Source: Thermoproteota archaeon (GTDB lineage: Archaea > Thermoproteota > Thermoprotei > Gearchaeales > Gearchaeaceae). Taken from it: a DNA stretch of 64,000 bases. The translations under genes and the position numbers were made by a program. This document shows positions 1 through 9,941 of the stretch, in pieces. Numbering within the stretch: the first letter of the stretch is position 1; each line of letters begins with the position of its first letter. The notes below the pieces were generated by a model, which worked only from the letters and a program-made list of their open reading frames with translations, ran no database searches and was not told the origin of the DNA. The DNA is taken from positions 32,001-96,000 of the forward strand of contig JAVVGF010000004.1 of the NCBI GenBank assembly GCA_032249235.1. The letters run 5' to 3'.

Positions 1-33
1 TTCTTTAAAAATAAGGGTTATTAAAGCTTGACA

Positions 34-107
34 TGGGCCGGCCCGGATTTGAACCGGGGACCTTTACCGCGTCAGGGTAACATCCTTCCAGGCTAGACGA
101 CCGGCCC
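34..107 (-). tRNA. tRNA-Val(GAC)
   Basis: Reverse complement GGGCCGG...CCGGCCC-A; anticodon arm TTACC-CT GAC GC-GGTAA; T arm GGTTCAAATCC. Confidence 0.95.
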
Positions 108-117
108 ATAGAAAACA

Positions 118-189
118 TGGACCGGGAGGGATTCGAACCCTCGACCTTCCGCACGCCAAGCGGACATTCTACCACTGAACTACCGGCCC
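118..189 (-). tRNA. tRNA-Ala(GGC)
   Basis: GGGCCGG/CCGGTCC-A acceptor with G3:U70; anticodon arm TCCGC-TT GGC GT-GCGGA. Confidence 0.95.
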
Positions 190-211
190 ACCCAAATAAT
201 TTAGAATGATC

Positions 212-379
212 CTACCTTTTAATTTTATATGTGTATTTATTCATTTTTTTCCTTTTACCATATCCGCAACTAGCACAATACTTTTCTGTCCAATTATAAG
301 AATGTTTACCGCAACGTCTGCATCTTATATGAGTTGGCCTTTTATTTTTCTTACCGAAGGATGTTGTTCCTTTTGTGAT
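212..379 (-). CDS. rpl37e: 50S ribosomal protein L37e (55 aa; apparent ATC start; not in ORF track)
   Basis: Manual translation [45 protein letters not shown]...; CxxC..CxxC finger; conserved position after the Sm gene. Confidence 0.92.
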   Translation of the reverse strand: MTKGTTSFGKKNKRPTHIRCRRCGKHSYNWTEKYCASCGYGKRKKMNKYTYKIKR

Positions 380-385
380 CTTAAC

Positions 386-607
386 TCACCCTATAGGAGA
401 TATCATAATTACATTATCTCCTCTTATAATAAGCGTTCCTAGTTTCTTAGTATTCCCATCTTTTCCTATTTCTTCAGAATCTTGCAAAATTAAATTCATA
501 TGCACATCGAAACTTTTAAGTATTCCTCTGATTTCTCTTCCTCCTTTTAGCTTTATTAAAACCGGTTGCTTCATTACAGATTGCAAAAATTCTTGTGATG
601 CTGACAT
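386..607 (-). CDS. Sm-like archaeal protein (SmAP1/LSm)
   Basis: Sm1 motif G.L.SFD.HMNL.L and Sm2 motif IIRGDNV. Confidence 0.95.
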   Translation of the reverse strand: MSASQEFLQSVMKQPVLIKLKGGREIRGILKSFDVHMNLILQDSEEIGKDGNTKKLGTLIIRGDNVIMISPIG

Positions 608-640
608 TTTCTAAAATACTATTTACTTTCATATATAAAC

Positions 641-1159
641 ATGTTGTTATTGATTATGGAGTATTTGAAAAAAAGATATTTCGTTAGCAGTAGCGAGAGT
701 AGAGAAATGATTCGGAAAGCTTTTTCCCAAGGATTTTTGTCGAAAACTAAATACGAGAAAGTTGAAATATTGGAATTAAAGAACGAAGATAAAATAATTT
801 TGCTCGACGACATGCCTTTATTGATATTGGTTAATAACTTAATCATTCCTAGCTTATTCAATGCTAATATAAAAAAGCTACCTTTTTTTAAAGTTGATGC
901 AGGCGCAGTTCCTCATATATTAAACGGTGCAGATGTTATGGCACCTGGAATAACTCAATATCCTAACGAAATAAATGAAGGTATGATAGTTTCAGTTAAA
1001 AGTGAAAATGACGATTTCCTATGTATTGCAAAAGTTTTAGATTCTGCATTAGAGAAAATTAAACTAAAAAAAGGTAAAGTTCTCAGCAATCTCCATTATA
1101 AAAATGATAAATATTATGAAATATGCATTCAAGTTCTAAAGAAATCACTTAAAAAATAA
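641..1159 (+). CDS. PUA-domain RNA-binding protein (MCT-1/Tma20-like); start may be ATG 656
   Basis: VDAGAVPHILNGADVMAPGI PUA motif; LHY.ND C-terminal motif. Confidence 0.85.
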   Translation: MLLLIMEYLKKRYFVSSSESREMIRKAFSQGFLSKTKYEKVEILELKNEDKIILLDDMPLLILVNNLIIPSLFNANIKKLPFFKVDAGAVPHILNGADVMAPGITQYPNEINEGMIVSVKSENDDFLCIAKVLDSALEKIKLKKGKVLSNLHYKNDKYYEICIQVLKKSLKK

Positions 1160-3064
1160 TTATCGTAATCTGATCGTTTCTCCAATATCTGGTATATAAG
1201 TAGGTATACGTAATTCGCTTCTAATCGCCTGTTGAAGAGCTGACAGCTTGGAAGGTTCTCCATGCACTAAGAAAATATTTCTTGGCCTATTTGGCAATTT
1301 CCTGATGTATTCAAGAAGCTGAATTCGATCCGAATGGCCTGAAAATCCTTCAGCCGAATATACTCGCATATTAACTTTTACAGTAACTTCACCCCTTTCT
1401 GTAGGTACTAATACTTCCTTTTCTCCATCTTTTACTCTTCTTCCAAGTGTACCTTGTGCTTGATAACTAGTAAATATTATTGAGTTTCGTTCATCCTCGG
1501 CAAGCAATCTGAAATATTCCATAACAGGTCCTCCTGTAAGCATTCCAGAGGTTGCTATAATTATGCATGGGCCTGCTTCCAATATTTCTTCTCTTACGCT
1601 TGTATCTTTTATCAACTCAAAATACCTTGAAGTGAAAGGATTTCCTTCTTGTAATTTTCTTCTAACTTCGATAGATAGCTCATCTACGAATTTTGTATGA
1701 ATTGCAGATGTTTCATGAATCATTCCTTCTACAAAGACTGGTATTCTTGGTAATTGCCCATTTTCAAATGCATCATATAATATTAAAAGTATTTCTTGAG
1801 CTCTACCTACTGCAAGCATAGGCATTAGAACTTTTCCATTTCTTTCTAGCGTTCCTTTAATCATTTCGATAAGAGAATTTATAGCCTCAGTTCTACTTGG
1901 CATTATGTCCTCGTTTCCACCATATGTGCCTTCCATGATAACTGTATCATTTCTTTTAAAATTAAAGAAGGCAGGATCGAGTAGTCTATTTTTTTCTTTT
2001 ATATCGAACTTAAAATCACCTGTATATACCAAGTTAAAATATCCTTCTCCGAAATGCAAATGCGCTATGGCTGAACCTAAAATGTGACCTGCATTGTATA
2101 GTGTTAGCTTCACATCAGGAGCTATATCAGCAACTTCACCATATTCCAAGGTAATAGTGTGTGCTAAGAGCGTTGTTAGATCGGAGAAGCTGTAAGGTAA
2201 TGTTAAGCCAGATTTCTGTCTTATGTTTAGATAGTCTGAAATAATCAATGTCATTAAGTATTTAGTAGGTTCAGTCATGTAAACTGGTCCTCTATAACCG
2301 TATTTGAACAAATAAGGTAATGCAGCACAATGATCGAAATGTGCATGAGTCAAAATTATACATTCAATCCTATCAATATCGTCAATAAGTTGAAGCATCG
2401 GGAATTCATCTCTCACAGATCTTGAACCTGGCTTTAATCCTGCATCTAGAAGAATATCACCTTCATCAGTCGATATTAAAAATGAGCTTCTTCCTACTTC
2501 ATTCGCTGCGCCTAGAGATGTAATCCTTATCATTTCAACATCCTTTATCTTTTCTCTGTTTATCCTCATACCAACGAGGTCTAAGAATTCATTTCTAATT
2601 TCTGCATTACTTCTCTCTAAGAGATCTACAGTTTTTATAATGCTAGAATCTATAGCTGGCTTACGATGAATTACTACTCTCCATTTTATTGTGTTTATTA
2701 ATTCCCATACTGTTGAATCCCCTCTACCTTTAATTAGTGCAGGTTCGTGTGTATAAATATGAACCTCACCTTTTCTATCGTCAAAATAAACTTCATTAAT
2801 GTCTACTTTTGCGTTTTCAGGAACAATCTTCTTTATCATTTCTTTAGCTTTTTCTTTATCCAATCTAATTTCAGGAGCGGGTCTGATTATTACTTTTTTC
2901 TTCAGGGCTTTAGCTAGTTTAGGTATTACTCCAGATTCGCCTGTTAGTAAAGAAATGTCATCCGTATAAATGCAAAGAAATGGACCTTCGTATTCAATCT
3001 TTTTGACGTGATCATGCGGTAATATTTCAAAGACGGAATATAGTCTCTCTTTTAGTTCCATCAA
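1160..3064 (-). CDS. fttA: aCPSF1/FttA KH-domain beta-CASP ribonuclease (transcription termination factor)
   Basis: N-terminal KH region, THAHFDH, AGHILGS, FSGHSD and LVHGE motifs; 634 aa; next to proteasome beta. Confidence 0.92.
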   Translation of the reverse strand: MMELKERLYSVFEILPHDHVKKIEYEGPFLCIYTDDISLLTGESGVIPKLAKALKKKVIIRPAPEIRLDKEKAKEMIKKIVPENAKVDINEVYFDDRKGEVHIYTHEPALIKGRGDSTVWELINTIKWRVVIHRKPAIDSSIIKTVDLLERSNAEIRNEFLDLVGMRINREKIKDVEMIRITSLGAANEVGRSSFLISTDEGDILLDAGLKPGSRSVRDEFPMLQLIDDIDRIECIILTHAHFDHCAALPYLFKYGYRGPVYMTEPTKYLMTLIISDYLNIRQKSGLTLPYSFSDLTTLLAHTITLEYGEVADIAPDVKLTLYNAGHILGSAIAHLHFGEGYFNLVYTGDFKFDIKEKNRLLDPAFFNFKRNDTVIMEGTYGGNEDIMPSRTEAINSLIEMIKGTLERNGKVLMPMLAVGRAQEILLILYDAFENGQLPRIPVFVEGMIHETSAIHTKFVDELSIEVRRKLQEGNPFTSRYFELIKDTSVREEILEAGPCIIIATSGMLTGGPVMEYFRLLAEDERNSIIFTSYQAQGTLGRRVKDGEKEVLVPTERGEVTVKVNMRVYSAEGFSGHSDRIQLLEYIRKLPNRPRNIFLVHGEPSKLSALQQAIRSELRIPTYIPDIGETIRLR

Positions 3065-3717
3065 TGAATGCTAGGCATGAATTTAGCTAATTCTTGTGGA
3101 GTCAAATAAACTACGCCTTTTTCGCTTACATATGCAACATCAATTCCTTCTCCTGTAAATAAATCCCATTTTAGTGAGCTTTGAATTGCTTCCAATGCAA
3201 TTTTTATTCCTTCTTGAATCGAAATATCAGGGCTGTACTTAGATTCGAGAACGCCTAAAGCATAAGGAGAGCCTGAGCCTCTACTTATGTACTTCTCAAC
3301 TGTGAGAGAGCCTAGCAAGTCAATTGTGCATAACGTAGGTCCTTTTGAATCATATCCTCCTAGTATTAATTCTGTATAATAAGGAAAAGCTCTTGAGCTA
3401 TACATTAGTATAGCTGCGAAATTGGCAATGCTCAATGTTGATATGGGCCTATTATTCGATAATTTGTATAGCTTTGAATGAGCTCTAAGCTGATCAATAA
3501 CGAATTGGGCATCTGCAACAGCCCCTGCAATAGCAGCGATTAGATGATCATCGATTTGTAATATTTTCTTACCCACCTTATGCGCTACTTTCATATTATA
3601 GGCATCAGAAACCCTTCTGTCAGCTGCGAGTACTACTCCATCTTTGCATACTAATCCTACTGTTGTAGTACCGATGTATCTTACGGGAAATTTATTTTCC
3701 AACAACTTCACCCTCAA
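3061..3717 (-). CDS. psmB: Proteasome beta subunit (catalytic Thr1)
   Basis: G-TTTVG processing site, AAD.R, GSGS motif. Confidence 0.93.
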   Translation of the reverse strand: MRVKLLENKFPVRYIGTTTVGLVCKDGVVLAADRRVSDAYNMKVAHKVGKKILQIDDHLIAAIAGAVADAQFVIDQLRAHSKLYKLSNNRPISTLSIANFAAILMYSSRAFPYYTELILGGYDSKGPTLCTIDLLGSLTVEKYISRGSGSPYALGVLESKYSPDISIQEGIKIALEAIQSSLKWDLFTGEGIDVAYVSEKGVVYLTPQELAKFMPSIH

Positions 3718-3757
3718 AAGCTATTAAATAACTCTCGTTTCTATTATAAAAAGTTAG

Positions 3758-4504
3758 TTATGGATTCAAAATCCTTTCTTTAAGCTCTTTAGGCTTTTCT
3801 CTCTCTATTATGAATGTAATTTTATTATATTGAGGGAAAATTTCCTCTATATCACTTAATCCGAGTTTTAAAGCCTGAGCTAAGTTTATATTATCTAAAA
3901 CACCCGCATTAAATTTAATACTAACCGTTTCTTCGCTTAATTCAACGTTTATTTCATTTCTATTAATTGGTTTTATCCTTTGATAGAGTAGCTCAATGAT
4001 TTTTTCTTTTGGATCTTCTATTTTCTTGACTATTTGTAATTTGCACAAAAGAGTTTTTCCAGCCAAAGGATGATTGAAATCAACGATAGCCCTACCGCTA
4101 CTTACGCTAATAACTGTTCCTTCATTTTCCCTAAATTTAATCCTTTGTCCAACCCTGGGGATAATTCCTTCCCTAGCCAATTCCTTTGTATTTATAACAC
4201 GGATTTTTGCAGGATCTTTATTGCCAAAGGCTTTATCCGGAGTAAGTTCTATTAAAATTTCTTTCCCTAATTCTATGCTTCCTATTTTAAGAAGTTCTTC
4301 CTCTAACCCTTTATGAAATCTATTTCTTCCTAATATAACCAAAGCACTTTCATATGATAGATCTTCTCTTGCGAATTTTTCCTTCTTAGCTATTTCTTCG
4401 ATGTTTGTGTCAATAAGTTCATTTGTATCTTTGACCCTTATTTCATAATTAATTAGCACGAAGTCATCTTTTTTTAGCTCTATTTTTGCTTCTCCCATAA
4501 TCAA
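3758..4504 (-). CDS. Long-type FKBP peptidyl-prolyl isomerase (SlyD-like)
   Basis: P.KAFG, VDFNHPLAGKTL motif plus C-terminal extension. Confidence 0.92.
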   Translation of the reverse strand: MIMGEAKIELKKDDFVLINYEIRVKDTNELIDTNIEEIAKKEKFAREDLSYESALVILGRNRFHKGLEEELLKIGSIELGKEILIELTPDKAFGNKDPAKIRVINTKELAREGIIPRVGQRIKFRENEGTVISVSSGRAIVDFNHPLAGKTLLCKLQIVKKIEDPKEKIIELLYQRIKPINRNEINVELSEETVSIKFNAGVLDNINLAQALKLGLSDIEEIFPQYNKITFIIEREKPKELKERILNP

Positions 4505-4522
4505 GGAATTTAGTTATACTCT

Positions 4523-5026
4523 TTATATTTTTAGCATTTCAGGATAAGTAAGAGTCAAAGCTTCTTCCATTTTTATATTTAAATTGGAAAGCAATTCTCT
4601 TGCTTTTTCCTCATCTTTAAATTCGATTTCTAAGAATTTTCCTAAATTTTCAACCTCATCGATCGCTATTTTTATCTCATTTAATATGTATTCAGTTCTA
4701 ATTTTGATTACTCTTATCGATTCTTTATAGCCTAATTCTGCTAATATACGTAGCAGTTTTTTTACTTGTCTCTTTTTCAATTTCAGTTCTTCTTCCTTCC
4801 TCACTTTTGGTATTCTTCTATGAATTTTTCCCTTAAAAGTTAAATAATATGTATTGTCTTCTTTTCTTAATCTTAATGCTTTCCCTTCATTGAATAGTTT
4901 TAATTCTTTAGAATCTAGATAGATATCCTCTTGTATTTTCTGGCTTATCTTTTTGGCACCTAAATTTTCAATTATTTTTTCTATATTAGCATTATAAATT
5001 CTAAATTTCAATTCTTTTTCAATCAT
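4523..5026 (-). CDS. CYTH-domain protein (class IV adenylate cyclase-like/triphosphatase)
   Basis: N-terminal ExExK (IEKELK), LRLR, LGKFLEIE. Confidence 0.88.
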   Translation of the reverse strand: MIEKELKFRIYNANIEKIIENLGAKKISQKIQEDIYLDSKELKLFNEGKALRLRKEDNTYYLTFKGKIHRRIPKVRKEEELKLKKRQVKKLLRILAELGYKESIRVIKIRTEYILNEIKIAIDEVENLGKFLEIEFKDEEKARELLSNLNIKMEEALTLTYPEMLKI

Positions 5027-5101
5027 TCAAATCACTTCCTTAATTTATCATCTCAAAAATTTAATATAGCAAAATAATTTGTATTTGAATAAAGGCACTG
5101 T

Positions 5102-6190
5102 TTAATACTTTAGGATTGTTTGTTTAAGCGCTTCAGTTGTTATCTTAACAATTTCTTCATTTATTATTCCCATGCAACCTATTCTGATTACTTTTTCACT
5201 TAAAGGTCCGAAACCTTTAGCTATTTCTATGTTGTGTTCTTTCCTCATTTTTTCAACTATCTCGCTCGATTTGATTGATGAAGGAGCTTTGAGCGCAATA
5301 ACGGTGATTGATTTTGCGTATTCCTTAGGAAATATTTCTAAGCCTATTTTATTTGCGAAATTATAGAACATTTCAGCACATTTCTTATGTCTTAGAAATA
5401 CATTATCCAAGCCTTCTTCTTTTATTTTTTTCAAGGCAACTTTAAGAGCATAAAATAGAGGAAGAGCAGGAGTGAAAGGTGTTTCCTTTTTTTCATGGAA
5501 TTTAAGATAGGCTTTTAAATCGAAATAGCCTACGTTGTTTATTTCTTTATTTTTCTTTATTGCATCATTTGAAACAGATACAAAAGCTAAGCCTGGAGGA
5601 CAGGCTAAACATTTTTGGCTACCTGTAATGTGGACATCTATTCCCAATTTATCAGTAGGGATGTCTACACCACCTAAAGCAGATACAGAATCTACAATAG
5701 TTAAAATTCCTTTACTTTTAGCCAATTCCATTATCTTTTTTAATTCCCAAACACATGCACCTGTAGATGTTTCATTAAAAACTAAAGCCAATACAGTTGC
5801 ATTAGGATTTTTTTCAATCACTTCTTCTACATCGTTTGCTTTTATGGTATCGCCTAAATCTTTTGATATTTTTATAATTTCTGCTCCAGTAGCGTTAATT
5901 CTTTCAAACAATCTTTCTCCAAATTCTCCTGTCGAACATGCAATTACTTTGTCTTTTTTAGTTATGAAGTTTGTAACTGCAAATTCCACAGCTCCCGTTC
6001 CTGAAGAGGAGAGCAAGGCAATGAAATTCTCTGTTTGAAAAACATAACGAAGAAGTCCTTGTATTTCGTCATATAATTCATGGAATTCATTCCCTCTATG
6101 ATTAATCACCGAATATTTCATCGCTTCCAAAACATCTTCAGCGACATTAGTCGGTCCAGGAAGCATTATTAACCGCTTATTCATATTCAT
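5102..6190 (-). CDS. Class V PLP aminotransferase (serine-pyruvate/alanine-glyoxylate type)
   Basis: MLPGPT, NETSTG, DSVS, GSQKCL (PLP Lys), TPFTP, RIG.MG. Confidence 0.9.
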   Translation of the reverse strand: MNMNKRLIMLPGPTNVAEDVLEAMKYSVINHRGNEFHELYDEIQGLLRYVFQTENFIALLSSSGTGAVEFAVTNFITKKDKVIACSTGEFGERLFERINATGAEIIKISKDLGDTIKANDVEEVIEKNPNATVLALVFNETSTGACVWELKKIMELAKSKGILTIVDSVSALGGVDIPTDKLGIDVHITGSQKCLACPPGLAFVSVSNDAIKKNKEINNVGYFDLKAYLKFHEKKETPFTPALPLFYALKVALKKIKEEGLDNVFLRHKKCAEMFYNFANKIGLEIFPKEYAKSITVIALKAPSSIKSSEIVEKMRKEHNIEIAKGFGPLSEKVIRIGCMGIINEEIVKITTEALKQTILKY

Positions 6191-6219
6191 GCAATTAAAT
6201 AGAACCTCAACTTATATAA

Positions 6220-7029
6220 TTGCATGTGATATGTATACTTTCTGACTATGGAACTGAAAGCGTATATGTTGCGGAGTTAATAGGAGCTATAAAGAAGATC
6301 AATCCCGATGCTGAAGTATTATCACTTACGAATAACATTAGTAGGCAAAACATATTTGAGGGCGCTTTTATATTAAAAAACATAGCTAAGGAATATCCAC
6401 AAGGCTCCATTTTCATATGCATCGTAGATCCTGGTGTTGGAACGCAGCGTGCCCCAATAATTATCGAAACTTTTAAACATGTTTTCATAGGTCCTGATAA
6501 CGGTTTATTATATCTAGTAGCGAAAGAAGAAGGTATCAACGATGTTTATATCATCGATACTAACTTGTTACCTGAAAGGAAAATATCGAAGACTTTTCAT
6601 GGTAGAGATATTTTTGCAATAGTTGCAGCTATCTTGAGCTTAGGTTATAAGCCAAGCTTGATAGGTCATAAGATTGAACGAATTGAAAAAATAGAAATAC
6701 CAGCAGCTTTAATCAAAAATTCCAGTATTGAAGGTAAAATCATTTATATTGATGGATTCGGAAATCTAATTACGAATATAAGCATTGATGATATTCGTTT
6801 AGCTGATTTTGAAAGAGAGAAAGAACTTGAGGTCATATTTAAAGATAGAGAATTGACCTTTACTTTGCCTTTTAAAGAAGTTTATGCTGAAGTAGATGAA
6901 GGAAAACCTTTATTGCTAATAGATAGTTTCGATTTGCTAGAAATAGCGGTAAATAAAGGTAATGCTAGAGAATATTTTTCTGCACATATTATGGAAGACA
7001 TCGTCATAAGAAAGAAACAATGGAAATAA
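6220..7029 (+). CDS. SAM hydroxide adenosyltransferase (DUF62 family)
   Basis: SDYG, VDPGVGT.R, GPDNG, SKTFHGRDIF, IDGFGNLITN. Confidence 0.92.
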   Translation: MHVICILSDYGTESVYVAELIGAIKKINPDAEVLSLTNNISRQNIFEGAFILKNIAKEYPQGSIFICIVDPGVGTQRAPIIIETFKHVFIGPDNGLLYLVAKEEGINDVYIIDTNLLPERKISKTFHGRDIFAIVAAILSLGYKPSLIGHKIERIEKIEIPAALIKNSSIEGKIIYIDGFGNLITNISIDDIRLADFEREKELEVIFKDRELTFTLPFKEVYAEVDEGKPLLLIDSFDLLEIAVNKGNAREYFSAHIMEDIVIRKKQWK

Positions 7030-8075
7030 TCGATGGTAGCTTCGGTGAAGGCGGTGGACAAATATTAAGAACTGCAATTGCTATCTCTGCTTTAAGCGGT
7101 AAACCAATTAAGGTAATTAATATAAGGTCTAAAAGGGAAAACCCAGGATTAAGGCCTCAGCATTTGCTTGCAGTCAAAGCATTAGCTATGCTATGCAATG
7201 CAAAAGTGGAAGGTGCTAGCATTAGTTCTAGAGAATTAACTTTCATACCATCAAAAATTAAAGGAGGTAATTATACTTTCGATGTCGGTACTGCTGGCTC
7301 AGTTACCTTAGTATTGCAGGCTTTACTTCCTGTTCTTGTGTTTGCTCAAAATGACAGTTATATTACCATTAAAGGTGGAACATCAGTACCGAAATCTCCT
7401 ACAATTAATTATTTCGAAGATGTTCTTCTTTTTCACTTAAAGAAGATGGGTGTTAATGTGAAAATTACTCTAATAAGACATGGCTTTTATCCTAAAGGAG
7501 GCGGCGTGGTAAATGTTGAGGTAAAAAGTATTGATGAGTTAAAACCATTAAATCTTGAAAAGTTCGGTGAAATAAAAAAGCTTAAATTATATGCTTATTC
7601 AGAGGGTTTACCGTGCCATATCGTTGAAAGAGAAATAGATAAGAGTTTATCTTTGATCAGCGAAAAAGTTGCTAAAGAAGTTATAGAAATAGAGAAACAA
7701 TGCATTAATCCTTCATCATCTAATATAGGTAATTTCTTTTTCATATCCGCATTAGGTTCTAAAGATACTGTTTTAGGATATGATGGAATAGGACAGAAAG
7801 GCTTACCGGCAGAAAAAGTAGCTGAAAAACCGACATTGGAAATGATTCAAAATATATTTGTTTCTAATGCAGCTGTCGACATGTTTGCAGGAGATCAGTT
7901 ACTGATTTGGATGGCCTTAGCTAAAGGTGTTTCTATTATAACTACACATAAGTATACAATGCATGCTTACACCACATTGCATCTCTTAAAGCAGCTATTG
8001 GACATTGATTTTCAAGTCGAAGGTTCTCTTGATAAATTTGCGAGAATAAAAATATACGGAAAATCATTAAAATAA
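7020..8075 (+). CDS. rtcA: RNA 3'-terminal phosphate cyclase
   Basis: IDGS.GEGGGQILR, RENPGLRPQH, GFYPKGGG, DQL, catalytic His in TMHAYT. Confidence 0.93.
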   Translation: MEIIDGSFGEGGGQILRTAIAISALSGKPIKVINIRSKRENPGLRPQHLLAVKALAMLCNAKVEGASISSRELTFIPSKIKGGNYTFDVGTAGSVTLVLQALLPVLVFAQNDSYITIKGGTSVPKSPTINYFEDVLLFHLKKMGVNVKITLIRHGFYPKGGGVVNVEVKSIDELKPLNLEKFGEIKKLKLYAYSEGLPCHIVEREIDKSLSLISEKVAKEVIEIEKQCINPSSSNIGNFFFISALGSKDTVLGYDGIGQKGLPAEKVAEKPTLEMIQNIFVSNAAVDMFAGDQLLIWMALAKGVSIITTHKYTMHAYTTLHLLKQLLDIDFQVEGSLDKFARIKIYGKSLK

Positions 8076-8106
8076 CTTTTAATAGAACTTAATCACAATT
8101 AACTTC

Positions 8107-8712
8107 ATGGCCAATATTCTAGAGCTTACCGGCGCAACAGTAATAGGATTAGTGTATTCGACAGGTGTTATTCTTGCAGGAGAAAAACGCGTTGCTATTG
8201 GCAATTATCTTTTAAGTAAAGGAGGCAAGAAAGTCTTTAAGATAATGGATAATCTAGGAATTGCAAGTGCAGGAATATTAGCGGATATGCAAGCAATTTC
8301 TAAGATCTTCGCTTATGATTTGAAAATGTATGAATTAGAAAATAAACGGCCTCCAACTGTAAGGAGCGCTGCCAAATTATTATCTAATATTCTTTATAGC
8401 AGAAAATACTTTCCGTTTCTTGCTTCCGTTATCGTTGGAGGCATCGATTATACAGGTAAGCATATATTTAGTTTAGATCCTATAGGTTCTTTAATAGAAG
8501 ATAAATATGTATCCTTGGGAAGTGGTTCAGAATTATCTTTAAGTATTCTAGAATCTGAATATTCAGAGGATCTTCCTAAGGATAAAGCTGTAGAGTTAGC
8601 ATATAAATCAGTTAAAATAGCATGTGGAAGAGATGTATTATCTGGCGATGGCGTAGATCTGTTAGTTATCGATGAAAAGGGTACAGAGGAATTATTCCGT
8701 CCTCTCAAATAA
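8107..8712 (+). CDS. psmB: Second proteasome beta subunit, Thr1 replaced by Ala (probably non-catalytic)
   Basis: G-ATVIG instead of G-TTTVG; GILAD, GSGS, RD..SGDG. Confidence 0.9.
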   Translation: MANILELTGATVIGLVYSTGVILAGEKRVAIGNYLLSKGGKKVFKIMDNLGIASAGILADMQAISKIFAYDLKMYELENKRPPTVRSAAKLLSNILYSRKYFPFLASVIVGGIDYTGKHIFSLDPIGSLIEDKYVSLGSGSELSLSILESEYSEDLPKDKAVELAYKSVKIACGRDVLSGDGVDLLVIDEKGTEELFRPLK

Positions 8713-9756
8713 ATCTTTAAGAGAGACTTTTACAAGCCATTCGTTTATGAAAAGTCTTAGTAAGGTTTTTATTTCGATTATTCTTGCAAAATGTTTGAAT
8801 AAAATCTGAATATCTTCGTGAGGTTCTGGTTCCCTAGAAATTGCTAATAAAATTATTTCCCCTTCTTTTTTAGCAAAATTGAATATCTTAGCAATTTCAT
8901 CTTTTGATCTTTCGTAATCCCAAATTATTATTTTATCGAAAACGTTATGGAATAATTTTCTAAGTTTAGAGGCTTCTTGATAAAATATAGGAACAACAAG
9001 TCCTCTTATTTGATTTAAATCCAAATTTTCTAGTAAAGTAATGTAATTATCAAAGTCATTTTCAAAGGAATAAACCTTAATTTCTCTTTTCTTTGCAATC
9101 TCCAAAGAAATAAAAGATGAACCTGAGCAAAATTCGGCAATTAATTCATTTGATTTGATTTCATTTACTAGTTTATTTCTTTCAAATTTTAATCTAGGAT
9201 CTATAAATATTTTTTCAATATTAAATTTTATTTTAAAATCTTCATCTTGGTATATAATTTCATTTTTTTCATTCCCTAATATGATATTAGGCTTATATCC
9301 CTTATAAATTAGATTTAAATTTTTGATTTTAAAGAAATTTTCAATTCCTTTTCTTTCCATTTTTATTATATCTATAATCTCTTTTTCTATTTCTTTATCT
9401 TCTTCTGTAATTTCTAATAGTATTGCATTTTTGAAAGCTAAATATTTAATAGGTGACTTATAGAATTCTTTTTTTGATTTTATTTCTTCTAAAAGTTGTT
9501 TCTTTATTAAAAGCTTTCTTTTTTCGAGAACATGTTTTTTTTCAATTATTATTTCTCCAAATTTTCTTTCTATTTCTTTAATTTCCTCTTTATTAAGTTC
9601 CCTTTTTAAGGGAAAATAGACAATTCCTTTTTCTTTAATTGTTCGATAGTAAGGATCTAGAATACCTATTTCCTTTAAGTATTCTTTTAAATTTTCAGCT
9701 TTATCGAGAACAATGCCTATTACGTTTTTCTCTCTAAATTTTTTTTCCTCCAACAA
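8692..9756 (-). CDS. Divergent Trm5/Taw2-family tRNA methyltransferase-like protein
   Basis: Trm5 D1-like N-terminus (VYFPL), PRL..ER, degenerate motif I EFCSGSSFISL, L.EN..LN. Confidence 0.65.
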   Translation of the reverse strand: MLEEKKFREKNVIGIVLDKAENLKEYLKEIGILDPYYRTIKEKGIVYFPLKRELNKEEIKEIERKFGEIIIEKKHVLEKRKLLIKKQLLEEIKSKKEFYKSPIKYLAFKNAILLEITEEDKEIEKEIIDIIKMERKGIENFFKIKNLNLIYKGYKPNIILGNEKNEIIYQDEDFKIKFNIEKIFIDPRLKFERNKLVNEIKSNELIAEFCSGSSFISLEIAKKREIKVYSFENDFDNYITLLENLDLNQIRGLVVPIFYQEASKLRKLFHNVFDKIIIWDYERSKDEIAKIFNFAKKEGEIILLAISREPEPHEDIQILFKHFARIIEIKTLLRLFINEWLVKVSLKDLFERTE

Positions 9757-9830
9757 CGGGCGCTGCGGGATTTGAACCCGCGACCCTCGGGTTAAAAGCC
9801 CGATACTCTTCCTGGCTGAGCTAAGCGCCC
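9757..9830 (-). tRNA. tRNA-Lys(UUU)
   Basis: GGGCGCT/AGCGCCC-G acceptor; anticodon arm TCGGG-CT TTT AA-CCCGA. Confidence 0.95.
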
Positions 9831-9900
9831 TCTACTTATGCTTTATCAAAGAGGATATTTATAAGAATTTTTTCATTTTTTCTTCAAGAATAGAGTTAAT

Positions 9901-9913
9901 TTTTTAAGTAAGT
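9901..9913 (+). promoter_or_regulatory. TATA-containing promoter element TTTTTAAGTAAGT upstream of rpoH
   Basis: Identical 13-mer also at 20998-21010 and 53733-53745, each 32-41 nt before a start codon. Confidence 0.55.
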
Positions 9914-9941
9914 TAAGGGATAGATATATTACAATTTTAGG

